Origin: a virus
Virus record (IMG/VR): IMGVR_UViG_3300047089_000307
Location: 32,001-96,000 of that record
Direction: 5' to 3' (one strand)
Length of the DNA: 64,000 bases
Position 1 is the stretch's first letter, and every line of letters starts with the position of its first letter. This document shows, one piece after another, positions 17,693-26,502 of this stretch. The notes under the pieces are model-generated. The model had not been told where the DNA came from. It worked only from the letters and a program-made list of their open reading frames with translations, and ran no database searches. Made by a program: the position numbers and the translations under genes.

Positions 17693-17711
17693 GCCATGGC
17701 ATACTTTGCCC

Positions 17712-18155
17712 ATGGCAGACCTCCCTCCCGACGCGGCGGCCGAGCTGCGCCTCCTGCGCGCGGAGGTGAGCGCGCTGCGCCCGCACGTGGCAGCGGCAGC
17801 GGCCGAGGTAGCGGCGCTGCGCGTGCACGTGGCAGCAGCGGCCGTGCCCCCGGCCGTCATGCGGCACGGCTGGCTGAGGCACGTGGTCAAGGACCTGGAG
17901 ACGGACCCGCACGTCCAGTACAAGGTCCACCTGTACGGTGCGATTTACTGGCTGGTGAACATCCCGGCCGTCGTCCTGCTTTACCTTTTCGCCCCGGGGC
18001 TGTGGCTGAAGCTGGGCATCTTCATCACGCTGCTCTACTCGATATACGCCAATTTTGCCACCGACTACGGAGGAATGTCCGCGGCGATGGCGTCCTTCGG
18101 GCAGTCCCCGCTGCCGGAGTTGCCTGTTCAAGAGCATGTCGACGCGCCTGACTAG
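17712..18155 (+). CDS. membrane protein
   Basis: Two hydrophobic segments after a short coiled repeat. Confidence 0.6.
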   Translation: MADLPPDAAAELRLLRAEVSALRPHVAAAAAEVAALRVHVAAAAVPPAVMRHGWLRHVVKDLETDPHVQYKVHLYGAIYWLVNIPAVVLLYLFAPGLWLKLGIFITLLYSIYANFATDYGGMSAAMASFGQSPLPELPVQEHVDAPD

Positions 18156-18177
18156 TAGCTAGCGTACTCTAGATCCT

Positions 18178-18744
18178 ATGCAAAATTTGCTACTGACGTG
18201 GCCGGAAGCGGCGCGGTTTCCGCTCGCGATGCCCGTGGGAAAGCGTGTAGTAGCGGTGGCCGAGTCTGATGTCCGGCGGTTCATGGGCATGACGGAGGCT
18301 GACGGGAGGTGCCTGCGGTTTACCCGCTGGAAGGACCCGAGGACGGCTTACGGGATGTTCGGGCTGAAGTGCCAGGCGACGGTCCTCGCGCACCGGTTCG
18401 CCTACACGGTCTGGCGCGGGCCGATTCCGGCCAGGCTCACGATCGATCACCTGTGCCATAACGAGGCGGCACAGGCGGGCATGTGTGACGGCGGTCCCTG
18501 TGCTCACCGCGCTTGCGTCTGGCCGTGGAGCCTCCACCCGACTACGCTCTCCCTGAATAAGGCGGCCAGCCCGACGCGCAGCAGGGGCGGAGGCGAGAAT
18601 CACCGCAACGCCCGCAAGACGCACTGCGACAACGGCCATGAGTTCACGCCGGAGAATACGTACGAATGGCGGGGACAGCGGCATTGCCGGGCCTGCCGGG
18701 CAACGGACGCCAGGAACTTCCGGGAGAAAGGCAGTCACGCATGA
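18178..18744 (+). CDS. HNH endonuclease
   Basis: AHRFAY..GPIP..TIDHLC..C..; KTHCDNGHEFTPENTY..CRAC. Confidence 0.85.
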   Translation: MQNLLLTWPEAARFPLAMPVGKRVVAVAESDVRRFMGMTEADGRCLRFTRWKDPRTAYGMFGLKCQATVLAHRFAYTVWRGPIPARLTIDHLCHNEAAQAGMCDGGPCAHRACVWPWSLHPTTLSLNKAASPTRSRGGGENHRNARKTHCDNGHEFTPENTYEWRGQRHCRACRATDARNFREKGSHA

Positions 18745-18926
18745 GCACGTTCGTGCTGTCCGAGCTGAGTCACGGCGGCGCCTACCGGACGAACTGGCAC
18801 TGCCAGCCGCCGGACCCCGGGGTGCTGTTCCGGGTGACCCGCGAGGAATGGTCCGTCAGCAGGAATGGCCTGGACGTCCGGGACGTCTACGAGATCGAGG
18901 TCCTGGACGGGGAGGTCCGGGCCTGA
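18741..18926 (+). CDS. hypothetical protein
   Basis: ATGA-coupled. Confidence 0.45.
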   Translation: MSTFVLSELSHGGAYRTNWHCQPPDPGVLFRVTREEWSVSRNGLDVRDVYEIEVLDGEVRA

Positions 18927-19008
18927 CTTCGCGGTGATACGGGATTAGACTGACCCCTGATGCTGCGGCCTCCGGGAGCCAGCCGGGAACTGATCCCTGG
19001 AGCCAGCC

Positions 19009-19434
19009 ATCGCCGACCTCGCCGCCATCCGCACCGCGCTGGCGAACCGGATCACCGCCGGGACCGGCCTGCGGACGCTGCCCGAGGCGCGAGACCAGGT
19101 CAGCCCCCCGGTTGCCGTCATCCTGCCCGCCCCGGGGGTGATCCAGTACGGGAACACCGTGGACGGGGCGTTCACCGTCAACCTCGTCGTGCTGCTGCTC
19201 ATCAGCGACGCCGCGCCGACTGAGAAGGTCCAGCGGGCCCTGGACGCCTACCTCGGGATCGGCGCGCACGACGCCGTCCCGTCCAGCATCGCCGGGGCCA
19301 TCCAGGACGACCCGACGCTCGGCGGCACCGTGCACTTCGCGCTGGCCGTCTCCGCGAGCGGGTACGGCCGCGTCGACTACGCCGCGGTCACCTACTTCGG
19401 CGCCCGGGTAGCCGTGCAGGCGGGAGCTATCTGA
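19009..19434 (+). CDS. tail terminator/completion protein (apparent start ATC at 19009)
   Basis: ADLAAIRTALANRI..LDAYL..SIAGAIQDDPTLGG..YFGA; GGAG SD precedes ATC. Confidence 0.7.
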   Translation: MADLAAIRTALANRITAGTGLRTLPEARDQVSPPVAVILPAPGVIQYGNTVDGAFTVNLVVLLLISDAAPTEKVQRALDAYLGIGAHDAVPSSIAGAIQDDPTLGGTVHFALAVSASGYGRVDYAAVTYFGARVAVQAGAI

Positions 19435-19763
19435 TGAGCCAGTCCTGGCAATTCCAGCCGGGGACTGACACCTTCGGCAACCGGTACCTTCCGCTGACGA
19501 CCGGCCAGGTCTTCACGGGCCAGGCACGCCCGGCGGCCGACGCCTTCCCTGCGCAGCTGACCCCCGGCGAGTACGTCATTCCCGCCGGCGCTCTCCAGCA
19601 CGCTTACAGCCGGCTGGGGTGGACGGCGACCACGACCACGGCGCAGGCGGCCTGGGCGATCCGGTACATCGCGGATGCCTACGGGAACCGGGACGAGGTC
19701 ATGTCCGCGCGGGGCGTCACCTGGCGCGTGAGGCCGCTGACCCTGGAGGAGATGCTCGCGTAA
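19434..19763 (+). CDS. hypothetical protein with tape-measure-like motifs
   Basis: QLTPGEYVIPA and AQAAWAIRYIADAYG. Confidence 0.5.
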   Translation: MSQSWQFQPGTDTFGNRYLPLTTGQVFTGQARPAADAFPAQLTPGEYVIPAGALQHAYSRLGWTATTTTAQAAWAIRYIADAYGNRDEVMSARGVTWRVRPLTLEEMLA

Positions 19764-19857
19764 GACAATACTCGGAACGTTCACGACTTTCGCAAAGAGT
19801 AAAAATGTACCTGCAACGGAAAGCGCGGGATGCCCGCGTGAAGGAGGTGCTTTTAAA

Positions 19858-20934
19858 ATGAGAGTTCTTATTGTGCATCCGGGGCCCGATTTTCTCCGTC
19901 GCTGACGTCTACCGCGGTTGGGCTGATGGCCTTCGAGAGATGGGCTGTGACGTCGCCATGTTCAATACGAACGATCGATTATCCGGCTCTATTTTTATTC
20001 CCGTGCGCTGATCGACACGGAGCAGAAGGACGAGACCGGCCACCCGATCGTCCGGCAGGCGATGACGCAGCTGGAGGCGGTGCGCGCCAGCATGCAGGGC
20101 CTCTCCCATGCGTGCCTGTCTTACTGGCCCGACGTGATCTTGTTCGTCAGCGGGTTCTTCGTCACCGCGGACATCTTTCACCTGCTGCGACTGCGCCGGT
20201 TTAAGATCGTGCTGCTCATGACGGAATCGCCGTACCAGGACAACGAGCAGCTAGAGCGGGCGCCATTCGCGGACATCAACCTGCTGAACGACCCCACGAA
20301 CATCAGCGCGTACTCCGAGCTCGGCCCGGCTCACTACGTCCCGCACGCCTACCGGCCGGAGCTGCACCACCCGCGGAAGGGCCCGCTGAACCCGGACCTG
20401 GCGGCGGACCTGACGTTCATCGGCACCGCGTTCAAGTCCCGGGTGGAGTTCTTCGAGGCCATGGCCGCCCACCCGTCGTTTGCCGGGACCGACTTCCTGC
20501 TCGGCGGCTCGTACTGGACCGAGGAGACGGACGAGGGCTCGGTGCTGCGCAAGTACCTGTCCCAGGCATGCCAGTGCGTGGACAACACCGAGACGGCCGA
20601 GCTGTACCGGCACGCGAGCTGCGGCATCAACCTGTATCGCCGGGAGTCCGAGGACGACCACCAGGGCGAGGGCTGGGCAATGGGCCCGCGCGAGGTGGAG
20701 CTGGCGGCATCCGGGCTGTTCTTCCTGCGCGACCCGCGGCCGGAGACCGACGAGGTGCTGCCCATGCTGCCGTCCTTTTCCTCCCCGGGGGACGCCGCTG
20801 AGAAGCTGCGCTGGTGGCTGTCCAGGCCAGAATTGAGGAGCAAGGCCGCGCGGGAGGCCCGGCTGGCGGTCGCAGACCGGACTTTCGCAAGCAACGCCAA
20901 AAAGCTGCTCGGCTGGATTGGGGAGCTGCCGTGA
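19858..20934 (+). CDS. glycosyltransferase (CgeB/Glyco_trans_1_2-like), 5' part broken by two compensating frameshifts
   Basis: MRVLIVHPGPDF/SVADVYRGW..; TESPYQD, DLTFIGT, INLYRRE, MGPREVELAASG; AGGAGG SD before 19858. Confidence 0.7.
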
Positions 20935-21206
20935 GCGACCCTGGCGATGAGTGGACGATGATCTGCCCGCCCGGCTGGATGGACGAGGCGCTGGAGCTGG
21001 CCGCCACCCTCCCGGAGAACGTGCGCGAGGTCGCGGAGTCTGTGCTGGCCCTGGGCAAGTTCCTGCTGATCAACGACACGCAGGTCGCGCGGGTACTATC
21101 AGAGCCGATCCGGTTCGAGTTCAGCTATGAGCCGTTGCCGCGCTGGGGCATGCAGCCGCTCGTCACGCCGCCGCCGCTGAGCCCGGTCCTGCTCAGCGGC
21201 ACCTGA
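20931..21206 (+). CDS. hypothetical protein
   Basis: GTGA-coupled. Confidence 0.45.
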   Translation: MSDPGDEWTMICPPGWMDEALELAATLPENVREVAESVLALGKFLLINDTQVARVLSEPIRFEFSYEPLPRWGMQPLVTPPPLSPVLLSGT

Positions 21207-21220
21207 GGAAGAGGCTTGCC

Positions 21221-21505
21221 ATGGGATATGACGGGAAGTACGGCAAGATCGCCACGGAGCACGGCAGCATCCCCGGCGATGAGCCGGTCATCGTCTTCCG
21301 CGCCCGTGACGCGCTGGCGTGCCCGCTGCTCAGCGCGTACTACGACCTGTGCGAGAAGAAGGGCAGTCCTGAGTTCCACCTCGCCCTGATCGAGCAGGCG
21401 TACAAGACTTTCGCCGACTGGCAGGAAGCGCACCCGGATCAGGTCCGCACGCCGGATAGCGCCGCGCACCGTGAGCGGCTGGAGGCAGGAAGAAGCGGCT
21501 CGTGA
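21221..21505 (+). CDS. conserved-type phage hypothetical protein
   Basis: DGKYG..DEPVIVFRARD pattern. Confidence 0.65.
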   Translation: MGYDGKYGKIATEHGSIPGDEPVIVFRARDALACPLLSAYYDLCEKKGSPEFHLALIEQAYKTFADWQEAHPDQVRTPDSAAHRERLEAGRSGS

Positions 21506-21607
21506 AGCTGGACGCCGGGCTGTGCCTGATCACCGCCTGCCTGAGCGCCGGAGTGCTCATCCTGGTCCTTGCGCTGTACGGCTGACGTCAAAGGAAAGGA
21601 ACCTCCC

Positions 21608-22561
21608 ATGGACCTCAAGCTCGGCCGCCGCCCCGCTGACCCGTCCCGCCCGCGCATCCGGCTGGCCCGGTCGCTGACCGGCGTCGTCCCGGCGCATCCC
21701 GCTGCCGCGGACTACCTGGCCCGGCTGAGCGGCTGGCAGATGCTCGGCAACGACACGTACGGGGATTGCGTGAGCGTGACCGCGGCTAACCTGCGGCGCC
21801 TCACCACAGCCGTCCTGTCCACTGAGTACTACTGGACGCTGCCTCAGGTGGAGGCTTTTTATACGACGCAGAACCCGGGCTTCCCGCGGCAAGACGACGG
21901 GATGGATATCCAGACTGCCCTCGGCGACCTGGTCAGGTCGGGCGGCCCGGATGGGGTGAAGGCGCTCGGCTTCGCCTCGGTGGACCACACCAGCCCGGAT
22001 GAGGTCAAGGCGGCCATCGCGATCTTCGGCGCGGTCTGGACGGGCATCGTCGTGCAGGACGCGCAGATGAGCCAGTTCGACGCCCGCCAGCCCTGGGACT
22101 ACGTCTCCGGCTCCCCCGACGCGGGGGGCCACTCCGTGCTCGTCGGCGGCTACGGCGCCGGCGGTACCGGTCAGCTCGGCGGGGATGAGAAGCTCATCAC
22201 CTGGGCGCAGGAGACGTCGTTCACCGACCGGTACTGGAGCCGTGAGGTGGAAGAGTGCTGGGTGGTCATCTGGCCTGAGCACCTGGGCAGCAAGGCGTTC
22301 CAGGAAGGCGTGGACCTGGCCCAGTTCGCCGCGGACTACACGGCGCTGACCGGCAAGCCGTTCCCGGTCCCCGTTCCCCCGCCGCCAGCCCCGGTGCCTG
22401 CTCCCCCGCCAGTTCCCGTGCCCGTGCCGCCCGCGCCTTCCGACGCAGCGGACCAGCAGCTGTGGGGGGCCACGTGGGCCTGGGCAGGCGAGCGCCACGC
22501 GGGCGGGAACAAGAAGGCCGCGCAGGCCGTGACTGCGTGGGCGCGGGCGAAAGGGCTGTGA
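21608..22561 (+). CDS. papain-like (C1-type) cysteine peptidase with Pro-rich linker; possible lysin
   Basis: KLGRRPAD, MLGNDTYGDCVSV, GGHSVLVGGY, ITWA; PVPPPPAP linker. Confidence 0.65.
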   Translation: MDLKLGRRPADPSRPRIRLARSLTGVVPAHPAAADYLARLSGWQMLGNDTYGDCVSVTAANLRRLTTAVLSTEYYWTLPQVEAFYTTQNPGFPRQDDGMDIQTALGDLVRSGGPDGVKALGFASVDHTSPDEVKAAIAIFGAVWTGIVVQDAQMSQFDARQPWDYVSGSPDAGGHSVLVGGYGAGGTGQLGGDEKLITWAQETSFTDRYWSREVEECWVVIWPEHLGSKAFQEGVDLAQFAADYTALTGKPFPVPVPPPPAPVPAPPPVPVPVPPAPSDAADQQLWGATWAWAGERHAGGNKKAAQAVTAWARAKGL

Positions 22562-22572
22562 GCAGGTAAAAC

Positions 22573-24033
22573 TCAGAATTTTACCGGGTAGAGCGCGGCT
22601 ATGAGAGAAGCCATGTCCTGCCGGTAGGACTGGAATGGCGTGATCGTCGCCTGGCCGGTGTCCTCGTCGTACTCATAAGCGCCGGACATGAAGATCACCG
22701 GGCTGGGCATGACCTCGCCGCCGTAGGACGGGTCGGTGACGACCACCTGGTAGACCAGCCCGGCCTGGTCGCTGCCGAGGTCAGCCGGGGTCCCCGCAGT
22801 GTTCATCACCTGGCCCGGCCCCACGGTGAACGGCTGGGCGAAGCTGGCCCGGACGTAGCGGGTGAGGATGTTCTGGCCGATCGCCGCTGCTGCTGACGCC
22901 TTCAGCACCCCGGCCGAGCTGATGTCCAGGTAGTACTCCATGGGCCCGTGCCTGGCCACGGAGTTGCCGTTCACCACGTGAGAGATCGCGAACGTGGCGG
23001 GAACGGCCTTCTTGGTCGCGGTGGCCGCGATGTCCGCGGTGGCCTGGTAGCGCAGGAACAGCACGTTGATGTCGGCGGCAATGGTGCGCGCAATGGGCGT
23101 GCTGGAGACCAGGAGGCGGTCCGGCGCCTGCGTCGGGTTCCCGTTGAGGTCCTGCTTGAACGGGAACACCCTCAGCTTCCACGGCCCGGCCGGCGGCGCG
23201 GAGGCGGTTCCCGGCGAGACCATCCACAGCAGGCCGCCCCCGGTGATGAGCAGGTTCAGGTGCGCGGTGACCGTTTCCGACGCGCTGTCCTGCTGCTGGC
23301 CCAGGAAGATGCCGGCCGGCTTGCCGATGCCCGGGTTCGCCCAGCGCATTCCGCGGAAGATGGCCTGGTTCACCGCGTCGTCAGCGTTCCAGGTCGTGTA
23401 GAGCGCGGCGAAGTCGCTGCCGTACGTCCCGGCCCCGTGCGCGGTGACCGTCCAGCCGTCCCCGGTCGCCGCGGGCTCGTTCAGCTTGCCCTCCCAGACG
23501 CAGGACGCGCCGCGCCAGACCTGGATGACGCGCCCGGGGTTCAGCGCGTCCGTGCGCAGTTCCGGGGGCGTGCGCAGCAGCAGGCTCAGGTTCTCCGGGC
23601 CGCCGGGGCAGGTGTAGCTGCGGGTCATGTTCGTCACGTGCCCGATGGCGCCGAGCCAGCGCGGGCTCTTCGGCGCCGGGACTGACTGCGCATTGTCGGT
23701 GCTCACCGGGGCGGCCAGCGGGGACGGGGTGAAGAAGACGTACCAGTTCTGCGTCCCGGTGACCGGCAGCGTGCCGACCACCGTGAAGACCGTGGGCTCC
23801 TTGAGGCTCCCGCTGGCGTACAGCCGGAACTTATCCCCGGTGAACGCCGGCGCCACGGGGGTGAGCGTGCTGTTCGTGGGCGCGATGAAGAAGTCATACC
23901 CGCCGAATGCGCCGTACTGCGCCTGCGCCTGGCCGCCCGGGGCCTTGCCCCCGCCGGACAAGATGACGGACCAGAACTGCCCCGGCGGCTCAAAAGTGAC
24001 AGCCTGGCTGTAGTTAACCTGCTCAAGTGCCAC
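22573..24033 (-). CDS. minor tail protein
   Basis: Last gene of the tail operon; RGASCVWEG pattern. Confidence 0.6.
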   Translation of the reverse strand: MALEQVNYSQAVTFEPPGQFWSVILSGGGKAPGGQAQAQYGAFGGYDFFIAPTNSTLTPVAPAFTGDKFRLYASGSLKEPTVFTVVGTLPVTGTQNWYVFFTPSPLAAPVSTDNAQSVPAPKSPRWLGAIGHVTNMTRSYTCPGGPENLSLLLRTPPELRTDALNPGRVIQVWRGASCVWEGKLNEPAATGDGWTVTAHGAGTYGSDFAALYTTWNADDAVNQAIFRGMRWANPGIGKPAGIFLGQQQDSASETVTAHLNLLITGGGLLWMVSPGTASAPPAGPWKLRVFPFKQDLNGNPTQAPDRLLVSSTPIARTIAADINVLFLRYQATADIAATATKKAVPATFAISHVVNGNSVARHGPMEYYLDISSAGVLKASAAAAIGQNILTRYVRASFAQPFTVGPGQVMNTAGTPADLGSDQAGLVYQVVVTDPSYGGEVMPSPVIFMSGAYEYDEDTGQATITPFQSYRQDMASLIAALYPVKF

Positions 24034-24068
24034 TCATCATCACCTCTCCGGCGTTGCCCATCGCGTGC

Positions 24069-24323
24069 TCACGGGATATCGCTGGCGGCTACCGCAGCCC
24101 GCACGAGGCAGTCCTTCGCCTCCACGAGCTTGTGCAGCCCGCGCGTCAGCTCCGGGTCGTCGGCGCTGATCATGCCGAGCAGGGCCTGCGCCAGGGTCGC
24201 GACGGCCAGGGACACGTCGCGCGGCGGCCCGGCCGGCAGCTGCCCGTAGTCGAACCACCGGGTGACGTCCTGCACCGCGCGGTGGCGGCCCGTGGCGTCA
24301 ACGGCGTGCGGGATGCCCATCAC
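24069..24323 (-). CDS. phage hypothetical protein
   Basis: FDYGQLP..LTRGLHKLVEAKDCLVRA pattern. Confidence 0.65.
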   Translation of the reverse strand: MMGIPHAVDATGRHRAVQDVTRWFDYGQLPAGPPRDVSLAVATLAQALLGMISADDPELTRGLHKLVEAKDCLVRAAVAASDIP

Positions 24324-24613
24324 TGCGCGCCTATAACCTGGGTGGAGCTATTCACGAATGAGTACGGCAGAACGTAAGCGCCGCCGGGGGCCAGGCCGTG
24401 GTAGATGTTGCCGAGGGCATTCAGGTCCGCGGCCATCGACCGCATCAGCGCCAGGTCCCCGGTGGTAACGCCGATGCCGGTCATGTCGCCGTCAGACTGG
24501 GCGGACAGCCAGGCGTAGAAGTTCTGCGCGCTGATGACGGAATCCCGTACGGCTACCGCCCGCTGGGTGGCGGCGCTGGCGATCAGCCCGGGATTGGCGA
24601 TGGCGGTGAACAT
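24320..24613 (-). CDS. hypothetical tail-region protein
   Basis: SD present; coupled to downstream gene. Confidence 0.55.
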   Translation of the reverse strand: MFTAIANPGLIASAATQRAVAVRDSVISAQNFYAWLSAQSDGDMTGIGVTTGDLALMRSMAADLNALGNIYHGLAPGGAYVLPYSFVNSSTQVIGAQ

Positions 24614-24626
24614 GAGGCTCCCCTGG

Positions 24627-26426
24627 TCAGTTGTCGAGTGCGAGGAAGAAGTCGAGGACCAGGACGCCGGAGGTCGTGGCGCCGTTGATCACCTGGACGG
24701 TGCCGGCTGAGGCGATCCGGAAGAAGATGCCCGAGCTGGCGCCCGTGGCCGTGTGGAAGCCAGCCGCATGGTCCTGGGTGGAGGCGGGCCGGTACCCGGC
24801 GGGCAGGGTGAACGCGGTGGACGGGAACCCGCCGGTAACCCCGGACGGGTCGAGTACCCCCAGGACCCAGACGGCACTGAACGGCATGCGCTTGTACTGA
24901 ATGGTGGTGCTGGCCCAGTTGTTGGACAGTCCCGGCGTGTGCCAGGTCTCCACGTTGGCCGGGCTGGACCCCGGCTGGAAGGCGGTGACGTCCCCGGTGA
25001 ACCCGGCGGCGAAGTCATTGCCGGCGTCGTCAGTGGCCGCCGCGGGCATCATCCCGGCCAGGGCCACGCCGGGCGTGACGTAGGTGATGGTGACGGTGCC
25101 GTCGCCGCCGTCGCCGCCGTGCACCTGCGCTGCCCCGGTGTGCCCGATGACGGTCAGCACGGGCGCGCCCGCCTGCCCGGCGCCGGCGAAGGACCCGTAA
25201 TAGTCGGTGTCGAAGGCCGGGACGGTGCCCAGGACCAGCGCCTTGGCCGTCCCGGCCTTCAGCGGGCCGGCCAGCGTGTCGCTGACGTCCTGGACGTGGG
25301 CGGCGCTCATCGGGACGGGGTACGTCTGCCCGGCGCTCACCCCGGTCACGCCGTCGAAGCTGGCGGGCATCGCGGTGGCGGCGCTGTAGCCCAGCTGCAC
25401 GGTCAGCCCGGTGCTGTTCCAGGACGTCAGGTTGGTCATCGTCAGCCGGACGGTGTCGACGGTCACTGCCGCCAGGTCCGCGGCCACCGATGACGGCAGG
25501 ATCATCAGTGACGTCATGGTGCCCAGGAAGTCCCCGCCGCCGGATTGCTGGCCGCCCTGGAACATCGTGTTGCCGATGGCGGCGTACCGGTTATCCGCGT
25601 TCCCGCCGAGGGCGTCGCTGCCGTAGTAGGTGCCGGAGAACGTAGGGCTGTAGGTGAAGACGACCTGCCCCGCCGCGGTAGCCGCGCCCACCCCGCCGCC
25701 GCCCGCGCCGGGGGTGCCGCCGTCTGTGCCGGTAGCGGCGGAGTTGCCGCCCGCGCCGCCGGCCACGCCGCCGCCAGGGCCTGCGCCGCCGCCGGCCGCG
25801 CCGGTCCCGCTGACGGACTTCGCGCCTGAGCCGCCGGCGTTGCCGGAGCCGCCGGAGCCGCCGCCGCCGCAGCCGCCCGTTGACTGGGTGCCGTCCCCGC
25901 CGCCGCTGCCGCCGGAGTGCGCGATCGTCTGCGCGGCGTTCAGGGCAGCGTGCGCGCCGCCGTTCAGCCCGTCCGATCCGCCGCCGGCGCCCGCGTAGAC
26001 GCCCGGCCCCCCGGTGATCCCGTTGACGTCGAAGTAGCTGGGATTGCCGTCGTCCCCGAAGCCCTGGTTATTGATGGAGCCGTCACCGCCGTCACCGACG
26101 ACGTAGGCGTAAACGGTGCCCGGGACCACCGGGTAAGACGGTTCCTGGGAGTAGGCCCCGCCGCCGCCCCCGCCGCCGCCGTGCGTGGAGTTGCCGCCGC
26201 CCGCGCCGCCGCCCGCCCCCCAGGCTTCGATCTTCGCCGACGTGACCCCGGCCGGGCAGGTCCAGGAGTACTTGCCCGCCGTGGACTGGGTGACGACGGT
26301 CGCCGTGGGCGTGTACGCGGTGACCGGCTCGCCCTGGCTGGCTACCAGCGCAGCCAGCCGGGCCTCGGTGAGCTGCGCCTTGGCTGTCGTCTTCGGCAGC
26401 AGTTGCGGGTCGTTCGGGCCGGCCAT
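24627..26426 (-). CDS. Gly-rich minor tail/tail fibre protein
   Basis: WTCPAGVT..EAWGAGGG glycine-rich domain; FTLPAGYRP near C-terminus. Confidence 0.8.
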   Translation of the reverse strand: MAGPNDPQLLPKTTAKAQLTEARLAALVASQGEPVTAYTPTATVVTQSTAGKYSWTCPAGVTSAKIEAWGAGGGAGGGNSTHGGGGGGGGAYSQEPSYPVVPGTVYAYVVGDGGDGSINNQGFGDDGNPSYFDVNGITGGPGVYAGAGGGSDGLNGGAHAALNAAQTIAHSGGSGGGDGTQSTGGCGGGGSGGSGNAGGSGAKSVSGTGAAGGGAGPGGGVAGGAGGNSAATGTDGGTPGAGGGGVGAATAAGQVVFTYSPTFSGTYYGSDALGGNADNRYAAIGNTMFQGGQQSGGGDFLGTMTSLMILPSSVAADLAAVTVDTVRLTMTNLTSWNSTGLTVQLGYSAATAMPASFDGVTGVSAGQTYPVPMSAAHVQDVSDTLAGPLKAGTAKALVLGTVPAFDTDYYGSFAGAGQAGAPVLTVIGHTGAAQVHGGDGGDGTVTITYVTPGVALAGMMPAAATDDAGNDFAAGFTGDVTAFQPGSSPANVETWHTPGLSNNWASTTIQYKRMPFSAVWVLGVLDPSGVTGGFPSTAFTLPAGYRPASTQDHAAGFHTATGASSGIFFRIASAGTVQVINGATTSGVLVLDFFLALDN

Positions 26427-26502
26427 CAGGCGTCACCGCGCTCGATGACGCAGTGCCTGCCATGACCCCAGAGGACTGGTAGGCTCCGTGAGATAGACAT
26501 TT

